DNA from: Spirochaetia bacterium
GTDB taxonomy: Bacteria > Spirochaetota > Spirochaetia > CAKZLE01
Assembly: GCA_963677595.1 (NCBI GenBank)
Contig: OY782041.1
Coordinates: 3,264,001-3,328,000, forward strand
DNA: 64,000 nt
Reading direction: 5' to 3'
The notes under the pieces are model-generated. The model had not been told where the DNA came from. It was given only the letters and a program-made list of their open reading frames with translations, and made no database searches. Shown here piece after piece: positions 20,382 to 29,947 of this stretch. Within the stretch, counting starts at the first letter, position 1; every line of letters begins with the position of its first letter. Position numbers and translations under genes: made by a program.

Positions 20382-21197
20382 ATGAGCATGGCAAAGAAGA
20401 CGGAATGGAACGACTACCGCATCATCGACGTCGACGAGGAGACGAAAGAATCATACTGTGTCTGCCTCGAGGGGTGGTCTGAGGAGATGCAGGAAGCAGG
20501 GGACCGCAAGTGCCTCTGGTATGAACAGATGAAGGACAAGGGGCTCGGGGTGAAGCTGGTCCAGGATGAGACCGGGGTAATCAGCGGGATGATTCAGTAT
20601 ATCCCGTCGGAGTATGCCCCGATCGAGGGGGACGGGCTCTACTACATCTACTGCATCTGGGTCCACGGACATACGCAGGGCATCGGGGACAAGCGGAAGA
20701 AAGGACTCGGGACCGCGCTCCTGCAGGCAGCAGAGGATGATATCAAGGCAAGGGGGGCCGCAGGGATCGTCACCTGGGGCATCACCCTCCCGTTCTGGAT
20801 GCGTGCGGCCTGGTACCGGAAGCACGGGTACCGTGTGGTCCAGAGGGATTCGATGAGCCGCCTGCTCTTCAAACCCCTGAGAGAAGATGCTTCTCCCCCG
20901 AGATGGTATACCCCGAAGAAGAAGGATATCCCCGAGAAGGGGGTGCTCGTGACCTCGGTCGTCAATGGCATCTGCCCGGGGATGAACCTCGCGAACCTCA
21001 GGGCGAAGGAGGTCGTCGAGGAGTACAGCACGGGAGTCACCTTCCGGGAGATCGTCACCGACGACCCGGCCGTTATGCGTGAGTGGGGCATCAGTGATGC
21101 CCTCTATGTGAACGGGAAGACCTTCATGCTCGGACCTGCCCTGCAGAAGAACAAGCTCAGGAAGATGATAGACAAGGAGATGAGACAGAACAGGTGA
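20382..21197 (+). CDS. GNAT acetyltransferase with C-terminal thioredoxin-like (YoaP-like) segment
   Basis: GMIQYIP, IYCIWV, KKGLGTALLQAAE acetyl-CoA motif, WYRKHGY; C-terminal CP motif. Confidence 0.8.
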   Translation: MSMAKKTEWNDYRIIDVDEETKESYCVCLEGWSEEMQEAGDRKCLWYEQMKDKGLGVKLVQDETGVISGMIQYIPSEYAPIEGDGLYYIYCIWVHGHTQGIGDKRKKGLGTALLQAAEDDIKARGAAGIVTWGITLPFWMRAAWYRKHGYRVVQRDSMSRLLFKPLREDASPPRWYTPKKKDIPEKGVLVTSVVNGICPGMNLANLRAKEVVEEYSTGVTFREIVTDDPAVMREWGISDALYVNGKTFMLGPALQKNKLRKMIDKEMRQNR

Positions 21198-21209
21198 GGA
21201 AGTGTGTAC

Positions 21210-21539
21210 TCACAACTCCCTGCCGGTCTCCACGATCTCAGCCTCCAAGGTGACAGGGATCTCTGCTCGCTGCCTGAAGGTTTCCCTGTCATAAACCAGG
21301 AGATCTATCGGCAGGTTCAGAATAGGATGGATCTTATTCAGGATCATACGACTGAAAACCCGTAACTGAGAAGCTGATGCATCTATGATGACACAGAGGT
21401 CAATATCACTATCCTTACTGAAGTTCCCCGAAGCATAAGAACCGAATACAATGATCCGGGCACCGGCAGCATCCTGTCTGATACAGGCAGCTGTCTTCTT
21501 CAGGAGTTCATCCACATTCATTACCATACGATCGATCAT
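21210..21539 (-). CDS. Minimal nucleotidyltransferase (MNT) domain protein, orphan
   Basis: VFGSYASGNFSKDSDIDL motif plus PIDLLV; start uncertain (21539/21527/21521). Confidence 0.85.
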   Translation of the reverse strand: MIDRMVMNVDELLKKTAACIRQDAAGARIIVFGSYASGNFSKDSDIDLCVIIDASASQLRVFSRMILNKIHPILNLPIDLLVYDRETFRQRAEIPVTLEAEIVETGREL

Positions 21540-21751
21540 GGAATAATTGTAGCATATACATGAAATAACTTCGATACACAAAATACAAGACGCGCCATAC
21601 ATCATCTGTTGAAGGTAACACCCTGCAGGAGTTCATTCCATTATTTGCTATTATGCTATAAAAGGTATATACTGACATAGCAATTCACGGTTGAGTATGA
21701 GTAACATATGCAGGGACCTCTCTATAACGCAGCATAATACACTGAGGGTTT

Positions 21752-22141
21752 ATGCATATGAGACTTATAGGGATCTTCCTGATGATACTCGGGATCGTGA
21801 TACTCGTCCTCCCGTTCTTTCTCGCTGAATATACTATATCCGCGGCAACTTCCAGCCAGGCCTCGCGGGTCATCGGGATCGTCATCCTCGTCGTCGGTGC
21901 CACCTCAGTCGTGAACCGGCAGCAGAGTGCCTATGTCCAGAAGAGACTCGTCGAGCGGTCGATCTATGAGCACGAGCTTGAACTCCTGAGACCTTTCGAG
22001 GCAGAGCTGTTCCAGACGGTCCTCGACTTCGGGACGCTGGAGGACGTCGACCCGGAACTGCAGATGATCGCACAGAAGGCTGAGGTGCGGCTCTCCACCG
22101 TCAGGAGACTCGCCGGGCGTGTCCTCGATATCACGCAGTAA
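21752..22141 (+). CDS. Small two-TM membrane protein, hypothetical
   Basis: Two hydrophobic segments; host-like codon usage. Confidence 0.65.
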   Translation: MHMRLIGIFLMILGIVILVLPFFLAEYTISAATSSQASRVIGIVILVVGATSVVNRQQSAYVQKRLVERSIYEHELELLRPFEAELFQTVLDFGTLEDVDPELQMIAQKAEVRLSTVRRLAGRVLDITQ

Positions 22142-22245
22142 CATCTCATCTTCACTCGAACATATGATTCCAGTTGCCCTATCCTATGAAGGAATGTATG
22201 ATACATAAGAATACTAATCTCTTGCCTGCTATGGAGAACTCACGC

Positions 22246-23355
22246 ATGAAGTATATGATCCTGGTCACAGTTGCCCTCCTCATCCTGCTCACAGGCTGTG
22301 ACGGCCCGTTCCTCATCTCTTTCGAGGAGTATGAGGCTGACCCCTATGACGGGGAACTCTTATGGGAGACGACAGAAGCCCCTGCTCCCTGGTATAACCG
22401 CCAGGACCATGCCTCGATCGTCTTTGGTGGGGAGCTCTTCATCTTCGGCGGCTACGACTCGACTGCACGGGGCAGTCGGGACTGCTATCTGGAGGATGTC
22501 TGGAAGAGCCCGGACGGCTTCAGTTGGGAGCTGGTCACCGATGATGCACCCTGGAAGGGGAGGAGAGGCCACGCCGTCACCTCCTTCGACGGTTATATCT
22601 ACCTCACCGGCGGGTTTGCCGTTGACGAGATGACCGGGGCCCGGGGGTACAAGAACGATATCTGGCGGTCTGCAGATGGGGAGACTTGGGAACTCGTCTC
22701 CGATGCCGCTCCCTGGGGTGTGAGGATGAACCATGCGATGTATGCGACAGACGATGCCCTCTATATCGCGGGCGGTTTCTATGATGCCCATGCCTACCGC
22801 TCGGACATGTGGAAATATGACGGGGTGACCTGGATGCGGCTCAGTACGGACCTCCCCGGTGAACGGTCAGCCTTCGCCTCCTGTGTCGGGGATGACGGCC
22901 GTTTCTATCTGCAGGGAGGCTCCTTCTACGGGAGTTCCGAATCGACCAGCGGCAGGGCAGACCCCACCGTCCCCGGCTGGACGCGGCTGTGGGTCTTCGA
23001 CCCCGAAGACGAAGCGGCAGGCTGGATGCAGTTGGCGAACCCCTCAAGCAACGCGACGAGGAGGGCCGAGCATGTGCTCGTCCCCTTCGGCGGGAGGATC
23101 TGGCTGCTTGCTGGGAAGAGCAACAGCGGTTGGTGCTTCTCCCGCAACCGGGAGACCTTCTCCACCGAGGTCTATGACCCGGAAACGGACAGCTGGGTGA
23201 GCGACTCCGCAGGCTGCGGGTTCGACCCGCGATACAGCTATACTGCCGATGTACTGACCTGCCCCGATACGGATGAGCAGACGCTCCTCATCCTCGGGGG
23301 CTTCTCCAATGACGGACCGGAACATGACATCTGGTTCGTCGAGGGAGAGCAGTGA
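22246..23355 (+). CDS. Kelch-repeat lipoprotein
   Basis: Lipobox LLTGC; repeated R..H....IFGG/LTGG/IAGG...DVW kelch blades. Confidence 0.85.
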   Translation: MKYMILVTVALLILLTGCDGPFLISFEEYEADPYDGELLWETTEAPAPWYNRQDHASIVFGGELFIFGGYDSTARGSRDCYLEDVWKSPDGFSWELVTDDAPWKGRRGHAVTSFDGYIYLTGGFAVDEMTGARGYKNDIWRSADGETWELVSDAAPWGVRMNHAMYATDDALYIAGGFYDAHAYRSDMWKYDGVTWMRLSTDLPGERSAFASCVGDDGRFYLQGGSFYGSSESTSGRADPTVPGWTRLWVFDPEDEAAGWMQLANPSSNATRRAEHVLVPFGGRIWLLAGKSNSGWCFSRNRETFSTEVYDPETDSWVSDSAGCGFDPRYSYTADVLTCPDTDEQTLLILGGFSNDGPEHDIWFVEGEQ

Positions 23356-24332
23356 TGCACACAAGACGAATCATTATCGGCGTCCTCCTCTGCATGGTCC
23401 TGATGCCGGTACTCGCGGGCTCCAATGACCCGAAGCAGATCGGCTCCCTGCCGATCACCTATACCGGCATGCCCGATGACTTCCTCTACCCCTCCTACCT
23501 GAGTGACCCGCTGGCGGTGAACTCCCAGATCACGATCCGGGACTACCTCATCGATGAGATCAGGCCGCTCGAGGACGGGACCCAGCCCCATTTCGACATC
23601 ACGATCGGGACACGCTACAGCTTCATGCGGTTCTCCCCGGTCGGCAAGCCGGACCTGGGGATCGAGATGGACTGGGGGATGGCGCTCACCACCTTCATGA
23701 CCCAGGACCATACCGACTTCCTCGGGGTGGACGGGATCTACTACTTCGCGATCGGGATACGGCCCGTCGACTGGGCTGCCTTCCGCGTCACGCGGCACCA
23801 TATCTGCTCACATCTGGGTGACCAGCTCGAGACCGGTGGAGACGGCTCCCCCTATGTCGACTTTGACCTCTCCCCCCTGCTCAATGAGGGGACCTTCGTA
23901 CGGGATGACTATGTGGTGAGTGCCATGATCGAACCGCTGTTCATCCTGCAACCCGTATTTCCGCAGATCGCGCGGATCCTGCGGGTCTACGGGGACTACA
24001 GTCTCTATCTCCCGGGAAGCGACCTGCTCGGCTTCCGGCAGCTCACCCCCTCCCATTATGCCTATGAATGGTACCAGTACGGCATGGAGCTCGAACTGCC
24101 GATCTCAGGCGGGGAGCGGGGTTCCCTCTTCGCAGCCGGCCAGGTGAGCCGGTGGCAGGAGACCGCCTATGCGCCCAACATCAGCCTGCAGGCTGGTTAT
24201 ATCTTCCCGGAAGGGAAGACGGGACAGCGATGGAAGCTTGCTGTACAGTACTATGACGGGCAGTCTCTCTCGAATGATTTCCGTTACCGAAGGGCGATGT
24301 TCTCAGGCTTCGTCTTCACCATCGACAAGTAG
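23355..24332 (+). CDS. Secreted probable beta-barrel protein (DUF1207-like)
   Basis: Signal peptide; YLSDP, HICSHLGD, QYYDG motifs recalled from DUF1207; alternating aromatic strands. Confidence 0.6.
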   Translation: MHTRRIIIGVLLCMVLMPVLAGSNDPKQIGSLPITYTGMPDDFLYPSYLSDPLAVNSQITIRDYLIDEIRPLEDGTQPHFDITIGTRYSFMRFSPVGKPDLGIEMDWGMALTTFMTQDHTDFLGVDGIYYFAIGIRPVDWAAFRVTRHHICSHLGDQLETGGDGSPYVDFDLSPLLNEGTFVRDDYVVSAMIEPLFILQPVFPQIARILRVYGDYSLYLPGSDLLGFRQLTPSHYAYEWYQYGMELELPISGGERGSLFAAGQVSRWQETAYAPNISLQAGYIFPEGKTGQRWKLAVQYYDGQSLSNDFRYRRAMFSGFVFTIDK

Positions 24333-24338
24333 CAGGGC

Positions 24339-25451
24339 TCACAAGGCCTTCTCGTAGATCCGGTAGCTCTTCGTCTGCTCGAGTTCCAGCTTCTCGAGGG
24401 CGTTGCGGATGTTCCAGTTGTCCTCGAGGATGTAGTTGGCCTCCAGGAGGATTTTCCTCGGTGCGAGTGCGTCATAGAGTGCCTTGTAGAGCAGGACATC
24501 GAGCCCCATCCCGTGGTACTCGGGCAGGACGGCCAGGGAGAGGAGGCGGTAGCGCTTGAGGTTCTCCCTGCCTGCGGTGAACCTGAGGAAGCCGAAGGGG
24601 AAGAGCTTCCCCTTGATCTTCTTGATCAGGGGGTTCGGGTCGGGGAACCCGAGGGCGAAGCCGACCGGCCTCCCGTAATCCTCGACGAACCAGACCGCTT
24701 CCGGGTCGAAGATCGGTTTCAGCCGGTGCACCATGTCGACCATGACATCCTCTTCGACCGGGACATAGCCCCAGTTGTCAGCAAGGGCGGTGTTCGTGAT
24801 GTGCCAGATGAACTCGGCATCCCGCATGAGGTTGCCGAAACTGAACCGGCGCAGGGTGAGCTCGGGGTGCTTCTTCAGCAGGAGTTCAGTGAACCTGGTG
24901 ATACGTTCAGGCAACTGGTATTCGACAGCATCCGCTTCATAGGCGTAGAGGTCCTTCACCTTCTCCAGCCCGAAGGCCAGCATCTGTGCATGGTAGTAGG
25001 GCGGGTTGTAGGGTGCCATGAGGACAGGCAGGGAATCATAGCCCTCCAGCAGAAAGCCCCAGCTCTCGGCGATGGGATGGATCGGTCCCCTGATACGGTC
25101 GACTCCCTGCCCGGTGAGCCAGTCAGCCGCCGCCTGAAGCAGCATCGCCGCAGCCTTACGGTCATCGATCGCCTCATAGGCCCCGAAGAACCCGATGCTG
25201 CTTCCTGTATGGTTATTGTATGCGTGATCAACGTAGGCGATAACACGCCCTATGCAGCTTCCCCCATCATCGAGCAGGATGAAGAGCTGGTGTGGATTGT
25301 CGCGGAGCATGACGTTCTGCTCCGCGTCATAGGCCTTCTTCTCCTCATGCCAGAGGGGAGGGACCCAGTTGGGGTACTCCCGGTAGATCGTTCTCGGCAG
25401 GGATACGAACATGCGCATCTCCTCGGAGGAGGCCACCTGACGAATCTCCAT
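24339..25451 (-). CDS. Tandem GNAT family protein (YghO-like)
   Basis: PNWVPPL, GFFG, PYNPPYY, DNWGYVP, ILEDN, KSYRIYEK. Confidence 0.82.
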   Translation of the reverse strand: MEIRQVASSEEMRMFVSLPRTIYREYPNWVPPLWHEEKKAYDAEQNVMLRDNPHQLFILLDDGGSCIGRVIAYVDHAYNNHTGSSIGFFGAYEAIDDRKAAAMLLQAAADWLTGQGVDRIRGPIHPIAESWGFLLEGYDSLPVLMAPYNPPYYHAQMLAFGLEKVKDLYAYEADAVEYQLPERITRFTELLLKKHPELTLRRFSFGNLMRDAEFIWHITNTALADNWGYVPVEEDVMVDMVHRLKPIFDPEAVWFVEDYGRPVGFALGFPDPNPLIKKIKGKLFPFGFLRFTAGRENLKRYRLLSLAVLPEYHGMGLDVLLYKALYDALAPRKILLEANYILEDNWNIRNALEKLELEQTKSYRIYEKAL

Positions 25452-25567
25452 ACATTACTATACCATAAAAACGGACAGTATGTGCAACATATTCTCATAC
25501 CGCGAATTATGGAAGTTTCTCCCCTGTCCCTCTTGCCTTGTTCAGGGTTTTCCCTGAGAATGGGGGA

Positions 25568-26605
25568 ATGAGAGAAATTGGGAACATCCTGGTGACCGGA
25601 GGCGCCGGCTTCATCGGGGTCAATATGATCGATTATCTCCTGCACGTTAAAGGTTTCTCCGGCAATGTGGTGAACCTCGATGCGCTCACCTATGCCGGGA
25701 ACCTCTGCAACCTCGAGGGGACGTCTGAAGCCTACCCTGACCGGTACCGGTTCTATGCAGGGAACATCTGCGACCGGGAACTCGTGGAGGGGATCCTGCG
25801 GGACCACCGGATCGACACCGTCATCCACCTGGCAGCTGAGTCCCATGTCGACCGGTCGATCAGTGGTCCCGGGGCCTTCATCGAGACCAACATCACCGGG
25901 ACCTTCACCCTCCTCGAGGCTGCCAGGGCCTGCTGGGAGGGGCGGGAGGACGTTCGCTTCCACCATGTGAGCACCGATGAGGTCTTCGGGCCGCTCGAGG
26001 GGGAGGGGCTCTTCAGAGAGGGGTCCCCCTACGATCCGAGGAGTCCCTATGCCGCTTCGAAGGCCTCGAGTGATCACCTCGTACGGGCATACTCCCATAC
26101 CTACGGGCTTCCTGTGACCATCTCGAACTGCGCCAACAACTACGGGCCGTACCAGTACCCGGAGAAGCTCATTCCGCTCATGGTCAGCCGCCTGCTCAAG
26201 CGGGAGATGCTGCCGGTCTACGGTGACGGGAGGCAGAAGCGGGACTGGCTCCATGTGAACGACCATGCTTCCGCGATCTGGTCGATCCTCACCACCGGCA
26301 CCCCCGGCGAGACCTACCTCGTCGGCGGGCGGAACGAGCTGGAGAACCTTGAACTCATCGACCTGCTGATCAGCATTATCGCAGATGAGACCGGTGCCGA
26401 TGTGACAGAACTGGGGAGGCTCGTCACCCATGTGGAGGATCGCCCCGCCCATGACCGGCGGTATGGGGTCGATCCGCATAAGCTGGAGGAGACACTCGGC
26501 TGGAAAGCTGTAGTCCCCTTCGCCGAGGGGCTGCAGGAGACCGTCCGATGGTATATCGCGCATGAGGACTGGGTACGAAGCGTAACGGTCCGGAGGAGTA
26601 TATGA
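25568..26605 (+). CDS. rfbB: dTDP-glucose 4,6-dehydratase
   Basis: VTGGAGFIG, DALTYAGN, AAESHVDRSI, HVSTDEV, YAASK, NNYGPYQYPEKLIP, HDRRY. Confidence 0.95.
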   Translation: MREIGNILVTGGAGFIGVNMIDYLLHVKGFSGNVVNLDALTYAGNLCNLEGTSEAYPDRYRFYAGNICDRELVEGILRDHRIDTVIHLAAESHVDRSISGPGAFIETNITGTFTLLEAARACWEGREDVRFHHVSTDEVFGPLEGEGLFREGSPYDPRSPYAASKASSDHLVRAYSHTYGLPVTISNCANNYGPYQYPEKLIPLMVSRLLKREMLPVYGDGRQKRDWLHVNDHASAIWSILTTGTPGETYLVGGRNELENLELIDLLISIIADETGADVTELGRLVTHVEDRPAHDRRYGVDPHKLEETLGWKAVVPFAEGLQETVRWYIAHEDWVRSVTVRRSI

Positions 26606-27363
26606 TCGCCCTGCTGCTCAGCCTGCTGCTGCTCTGCACGCCGTTCGGGGCAGGGGCAGCACCGACAGGGGACATCCCTGCCGGTTTGGGGGACGGGGTG
26701 CTTCTCACGAGCAGCGAGACCGATGAGGTCCCCAGGCTCTACCATCATGCAAGCCTGCTTAGGGGTAGGATGGGTGAGCTGATCCCGATTGAGGGGGACT
26801 TCTTCATCGAGCAGCTCTCGTTACTGCCGTATCCCGATGGAGCGGGAGCGTCGGAAGAGTTCATGATCCGCCTCTACAATACCCTGCGCTCAGTCTCCAC
26901 CCAGGAGGGGATCACCTATATATCCCACCGGCGGGGAGACCGGGAGGTCGAACTCATCTCCGAAGCCTACGTGGTGGAGCGGTCCGGAAGCAGGAAGGCC
27001 TTAGCTGACCCCCTTGTCACGGAGCTGCCTTCAGTCGATTCCCTCATTGTCTATTCACGGGATACCTCCTTCGGGCGGAACTACTATTCCCATGACTACC
27101 GTACGGACGGGGAGGAGATCCTCCTCGAGATGGTGAACCTGACCGGCCTCAAGGCATTCTGGATCTTCGTAGTCTTACCTCCCCGCAGGCTGACCATGGT
27201 CGTGGACCTCCTGCCGGCAGAGGAGGGCATCATCCTCTATACAGCCGCCTTCGCACCTGACCAGCCGGCTGAGGTGAACCTGCTTGGCTTCACCGTGAAC
27301 CTGACCACCTCATTCGGGAACAGGCTCGATGCCCTGAAGAAATGGCTGGTCGAACGATTATAA
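26602..27363 (+). CDS. Secreted hypothetical protein of spirochete type (DUF6675-like)
   Basis: Signal peptide; SVSTQEGITYIS, DTSFG, SFGNRLDALKKW motifs (family recall). Confidence 0.6.
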   Translation: MIALLLSLLLLCTPFGAGAAPTGDIPAGLGDGVLLTSSETDEVPRLYHHASLLRGRMGELIPIEGDFFIEQLSLLPYPDGAGASEEFMIRLYNTLRSVSTQEGITYISHRRGDREVELISEAYVVERSGSRKALADPLVTELPSVDSLIVYSRDTSFGRNYYSHDYRTDGEEILLEMVNLTGLKAFWIFVVLPPRRLTMVVDLLPAEEGIILYTAAFAPDQPAEVNLLGFTVNLTTSFGNRLDALKKWLVERL

Positions 27364-27412
27364 TTCCCTGCATGGCATGGTACAATAAGGCGTAGGGGGA
27401 AGGAGGAATGGT

Positions 27413-28465
27413 ATGAGAAGAACGGTGATCCTGATCATGACCCTGCTGCTGGTCTGTACTATCGCCCTTTGGGCTGAGGATGGTACCACACTCTATATCG
27501 AGGGACTCGAATCCCTGGTAGAGGAGGAACCCGGTACCGCTGAGACCTCCTTCTCGACCCTGCTCGACCGCTACCCGTACTCGCCCTATGCCGGACGGGC
27601 CTACGACTACCTCTATGAGATCCAGCATACGGTGGACAACTCCGGCATCGTGCCGTTCTACCTGAGGAACCTCGCCACGACGACCTATACCTCGATGATG
27701 CTGCCGACCCTCCTCGATATCGACGACAGCGCCCTTTCCATGGGGCTCACCGGCCTTGCCGGGGTAGGCCTCGGCCTTGCAGGCTCTGCCTGGATGGCAG
27801 CCGACTACCCGATCACTGCCGGGCTTAGCTGGTGGATCACCACCGCCCAGCTAATCTCCTTCGGGAACTACCTCTACCTCAACGGGATCATCGACCTCGA
27901 TACGCTCGTCGGCCCTGATGCCGCGAACGACATCTTCCTCTCGGGCCAGCTCGTGACCCTCAACGGGTCGCTCTTCGGCTCATACTTCGGACTCCGGGAC
28001 CGTGCTACCTCACAGGGAAAGGGTGCCTTCATCCTCCAGTCCTACCTCTGGGCCAATGCCTACTACTGGCTGGGAGTTCTCATCGCAGACAGCTACGACC
28101 TGCAGACCAACAGCTCCTGGGGGATCGCCGTCACCGACCTCGCGACGATCGGGTCAGGGTTCCTATGGGACTCGATCCGCTGGACGCCGATGCGTTCCGG
28201 GCTCGTGACCGTCGGGGGACTCGGCGGGGCGCTGATCGGCTTCTTCTCTACCATGATCCTCGATGAGTTCCTCACCCTTGATGAACGCGATATAGCCGCG
28301 ATCGCCATGGGAACGACCGCAGCAGGACAGGCCGCAGCGACCTGGCTTACGCGGAACCTCCCAGAGGAGGAGCTCTTCACGACTGCCTTCGCCGATGACC
28401 TCATCCTCTATCCCAGGGTCACCCCGGGAGGGGAGTTCGGGATCGGGCTCATGTGCAGTCTGTAA
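27413..28465 (+). CDS. Hypothetical envelope protein (TPR-like hairpin plus Gly-rich hydrophobic helices)
   Basis: Signal peptide, LLDRYPYSPYA TPR-like motif, many GxxxG segments; AGGAGG upstream. Confidence 0.7.
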   Translation: MRRTVILIMTLLLVCTIALWAEDGTTLYIEGLESLVEEEPGTAETSFSTLLDRYPYSPYAGRAYDYLYEIQHTVDNSGIVPFYLRNLATTTYTSMMLPTLLDIDDSALSMGLTGLAGVGLGLAGSAWMAADYPITAGLSWWITTAQLISFGNYLYLNGIIDLDTLVGPDAANDIFLSGQLVTLNGSLFGSYFGLRDRATSQGKGAFILQSYLWANAYYWLGVLIADSYDLQTNSSWGIAVTDLATIGSGFLWDSIRWTPMRSGLVTVGGLGGALIGFFSTMILDEFLTLDERDIAAIAMGTTAAGQAAATWLTRNLPEEELFTTAFADDLILYPRVTPGGEFGIGLMCSL

Positions 28466-28539
28466 AAGTTTCATACAAGAAACAAGATTTTATATAAGAA
28501 ACTCTTTACAAAGTTAGAAACCCATTGTACCATACCGGT

Positions 28540-29316
28540 ATGTATGAATCGAAAGTGCCGGCCCTAGACAAGATGCACAGGATATTCCTGATGCTGATGG
28601 CCCATGAACAGGGGTTCACCCTGACAGAGATCACCAACGAACTCGGACTCTCGAAGGCCACGGTCTTCCGGATGCTCTCCGACCTCTCGGCCCTCGGGTA
28701 TCTCGACTTCCATGGGGCAAGCAACCGCTACTCCCTCGGTCCGCTGCTGATCTCGCTCGGGAACCATGCGAAGAAGCGGATCGACCTGAAGGTCACGGCC
28801 CATCCGTTCCTTACCGAACTCTCACAGAAGGTGCAGGAGACGGTCAAGCTGAGCATCTTCCGGGACGACACGATCTTCGTCATCGACACGGTTGACAGCC
28901 CGAAGCGGATGCGGATCGTCGTGGAACAGGGTGCCTACTTCCCGCCCCATATCGGGGCGGCAGGGAAGCTGCTGCTGGCCCACCAGGAGCTGGAGATTCT
29001 TGATTCATACCTGGGCAGGACGTTAGAGCGGTATACCCCCCATACCATCACCGATCCCGATACATTGCGCAGCGTACTCGAGACGATCAGGGAGACCGGC
29101 ATCTCCCACGACCTCGAGGAGGAGAGCCTCGGCATCAAGGCTGCGGCGGCTCCTGTCCGTAATGAGATCGGGTCGGTCATCGGGGCGGTGAGCGTCCCCT
29201 ACCTGGCACATGTCTATACCCCGGAAGAGGAAGCCGGGCTGGAGAAGGAAATCATTCGCTGCGCGGCAGCGGTCTCATCGGCGATGGGATACAGAGGAGA
29301 GGAAGATAATGGATAA
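28540..29316 (+). CDS. IclR family regulator (KdgR-like context)
   Basis: LTEITNELGLSKATVFRML HTH, GAAGKLLLA, AAPVRN. Confidence 0.92.
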   Translation: MYESKVPALDKMHRIFLMLMAHEQGFTLTEITNELGLSKATVFRMLSDLSALGYLDFHGASNRYSLGPLLISLGNHAKKRIDLKVTAHPFLTELSQKVQETVKLSIFRDDTIFVIDTVDSPKRMRIVVEQGAYFPPHIGAAGKLLLAHQELEILDSYLGRTLERYTPHTITDPDTLRSVLETIRETGISHDLEEESLGIKAAAAPVRNEIGSVIGAVSVPYLAHVYTPEEEAGLEKEIIRCAAAVSSAMGYRGEEDNG

Positions 29317-29947
29317 GATATTCGAACAGGTGTCGGCTGCGAAGCTGGTACCGGTGATCAAGCTGACTGACACTGATCAGGTGCCAGGTCTCGCCCAGGC
29401 CCTGATCGCGGCAGGCCTCCCCATTGCGGAGATCACGATGCGTTCCCCGGTCGCACTGGAATGTATCGGGAAGATGGCGAAGGAGTACCCGAAGATGCTC
29501 ATCGGGGCAGGAACGGTCACTACCAAGGAGCAGGCTGATCAGGCCATGGCAGGGGGAGCGCAGTTCATCGTGACCCCGGGCTTCAACCCCACGGTAGTGG
29601 ACTACTGCCTGGGTAAAGGCTACCCGATCATCCCCGGGGTGACCTCCCCGTCACTGATCGAGTGGGCTATGGAGCGTGGGCTTCGCAAGCTCAAGTTCTT
29701 CCCCGCAGAGGTATCGGGAGGGACCGCCTTCCTGAAGAACGTGGCACCGGTCTACCAGGAGGCATCCTTCATGCCCACCGGCGGGATCAACAAGGGGAAC
29801 ATCCGTGACTACCTTGCCCTGCCGAACGTCTACGCCTGCGGCGGAAGCTGGATCGTCAAGGGGAGCCTCCTTGAGGCACACGATTTCGAAGAAGTGCAGA
29901 GACTGACCGAAGAGGCGCTTGCGATCATAGGAGGAACCGATGCGTGA
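29309..29947 (+). CDS. eda: KDPG/KHG aldolase
   Basis: VPVI, AEITMR, IGAGTV, FIVTPG, KFFPA, FMPTGGI. Confidence 0.93.
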   Translation: MDKIFEQVSAAKLVPVIKLTDTDQVPGLAQALIAAGLPIAEITMRSPVALECIGKMAKEYPKMLIGAGTVTTKEQADQAMAGGAQFIVTPGFNPTVVDYCLGKGYPIIPGVTSPSLIEWAMERGLRKLKFFPAEVSGGTAFLKNVAPVYQEASFMPTGGINKGNIRDYLALPNVYACGGSWIVKGSLLEAHDFEEVQRLTEEALAIIGGTDA

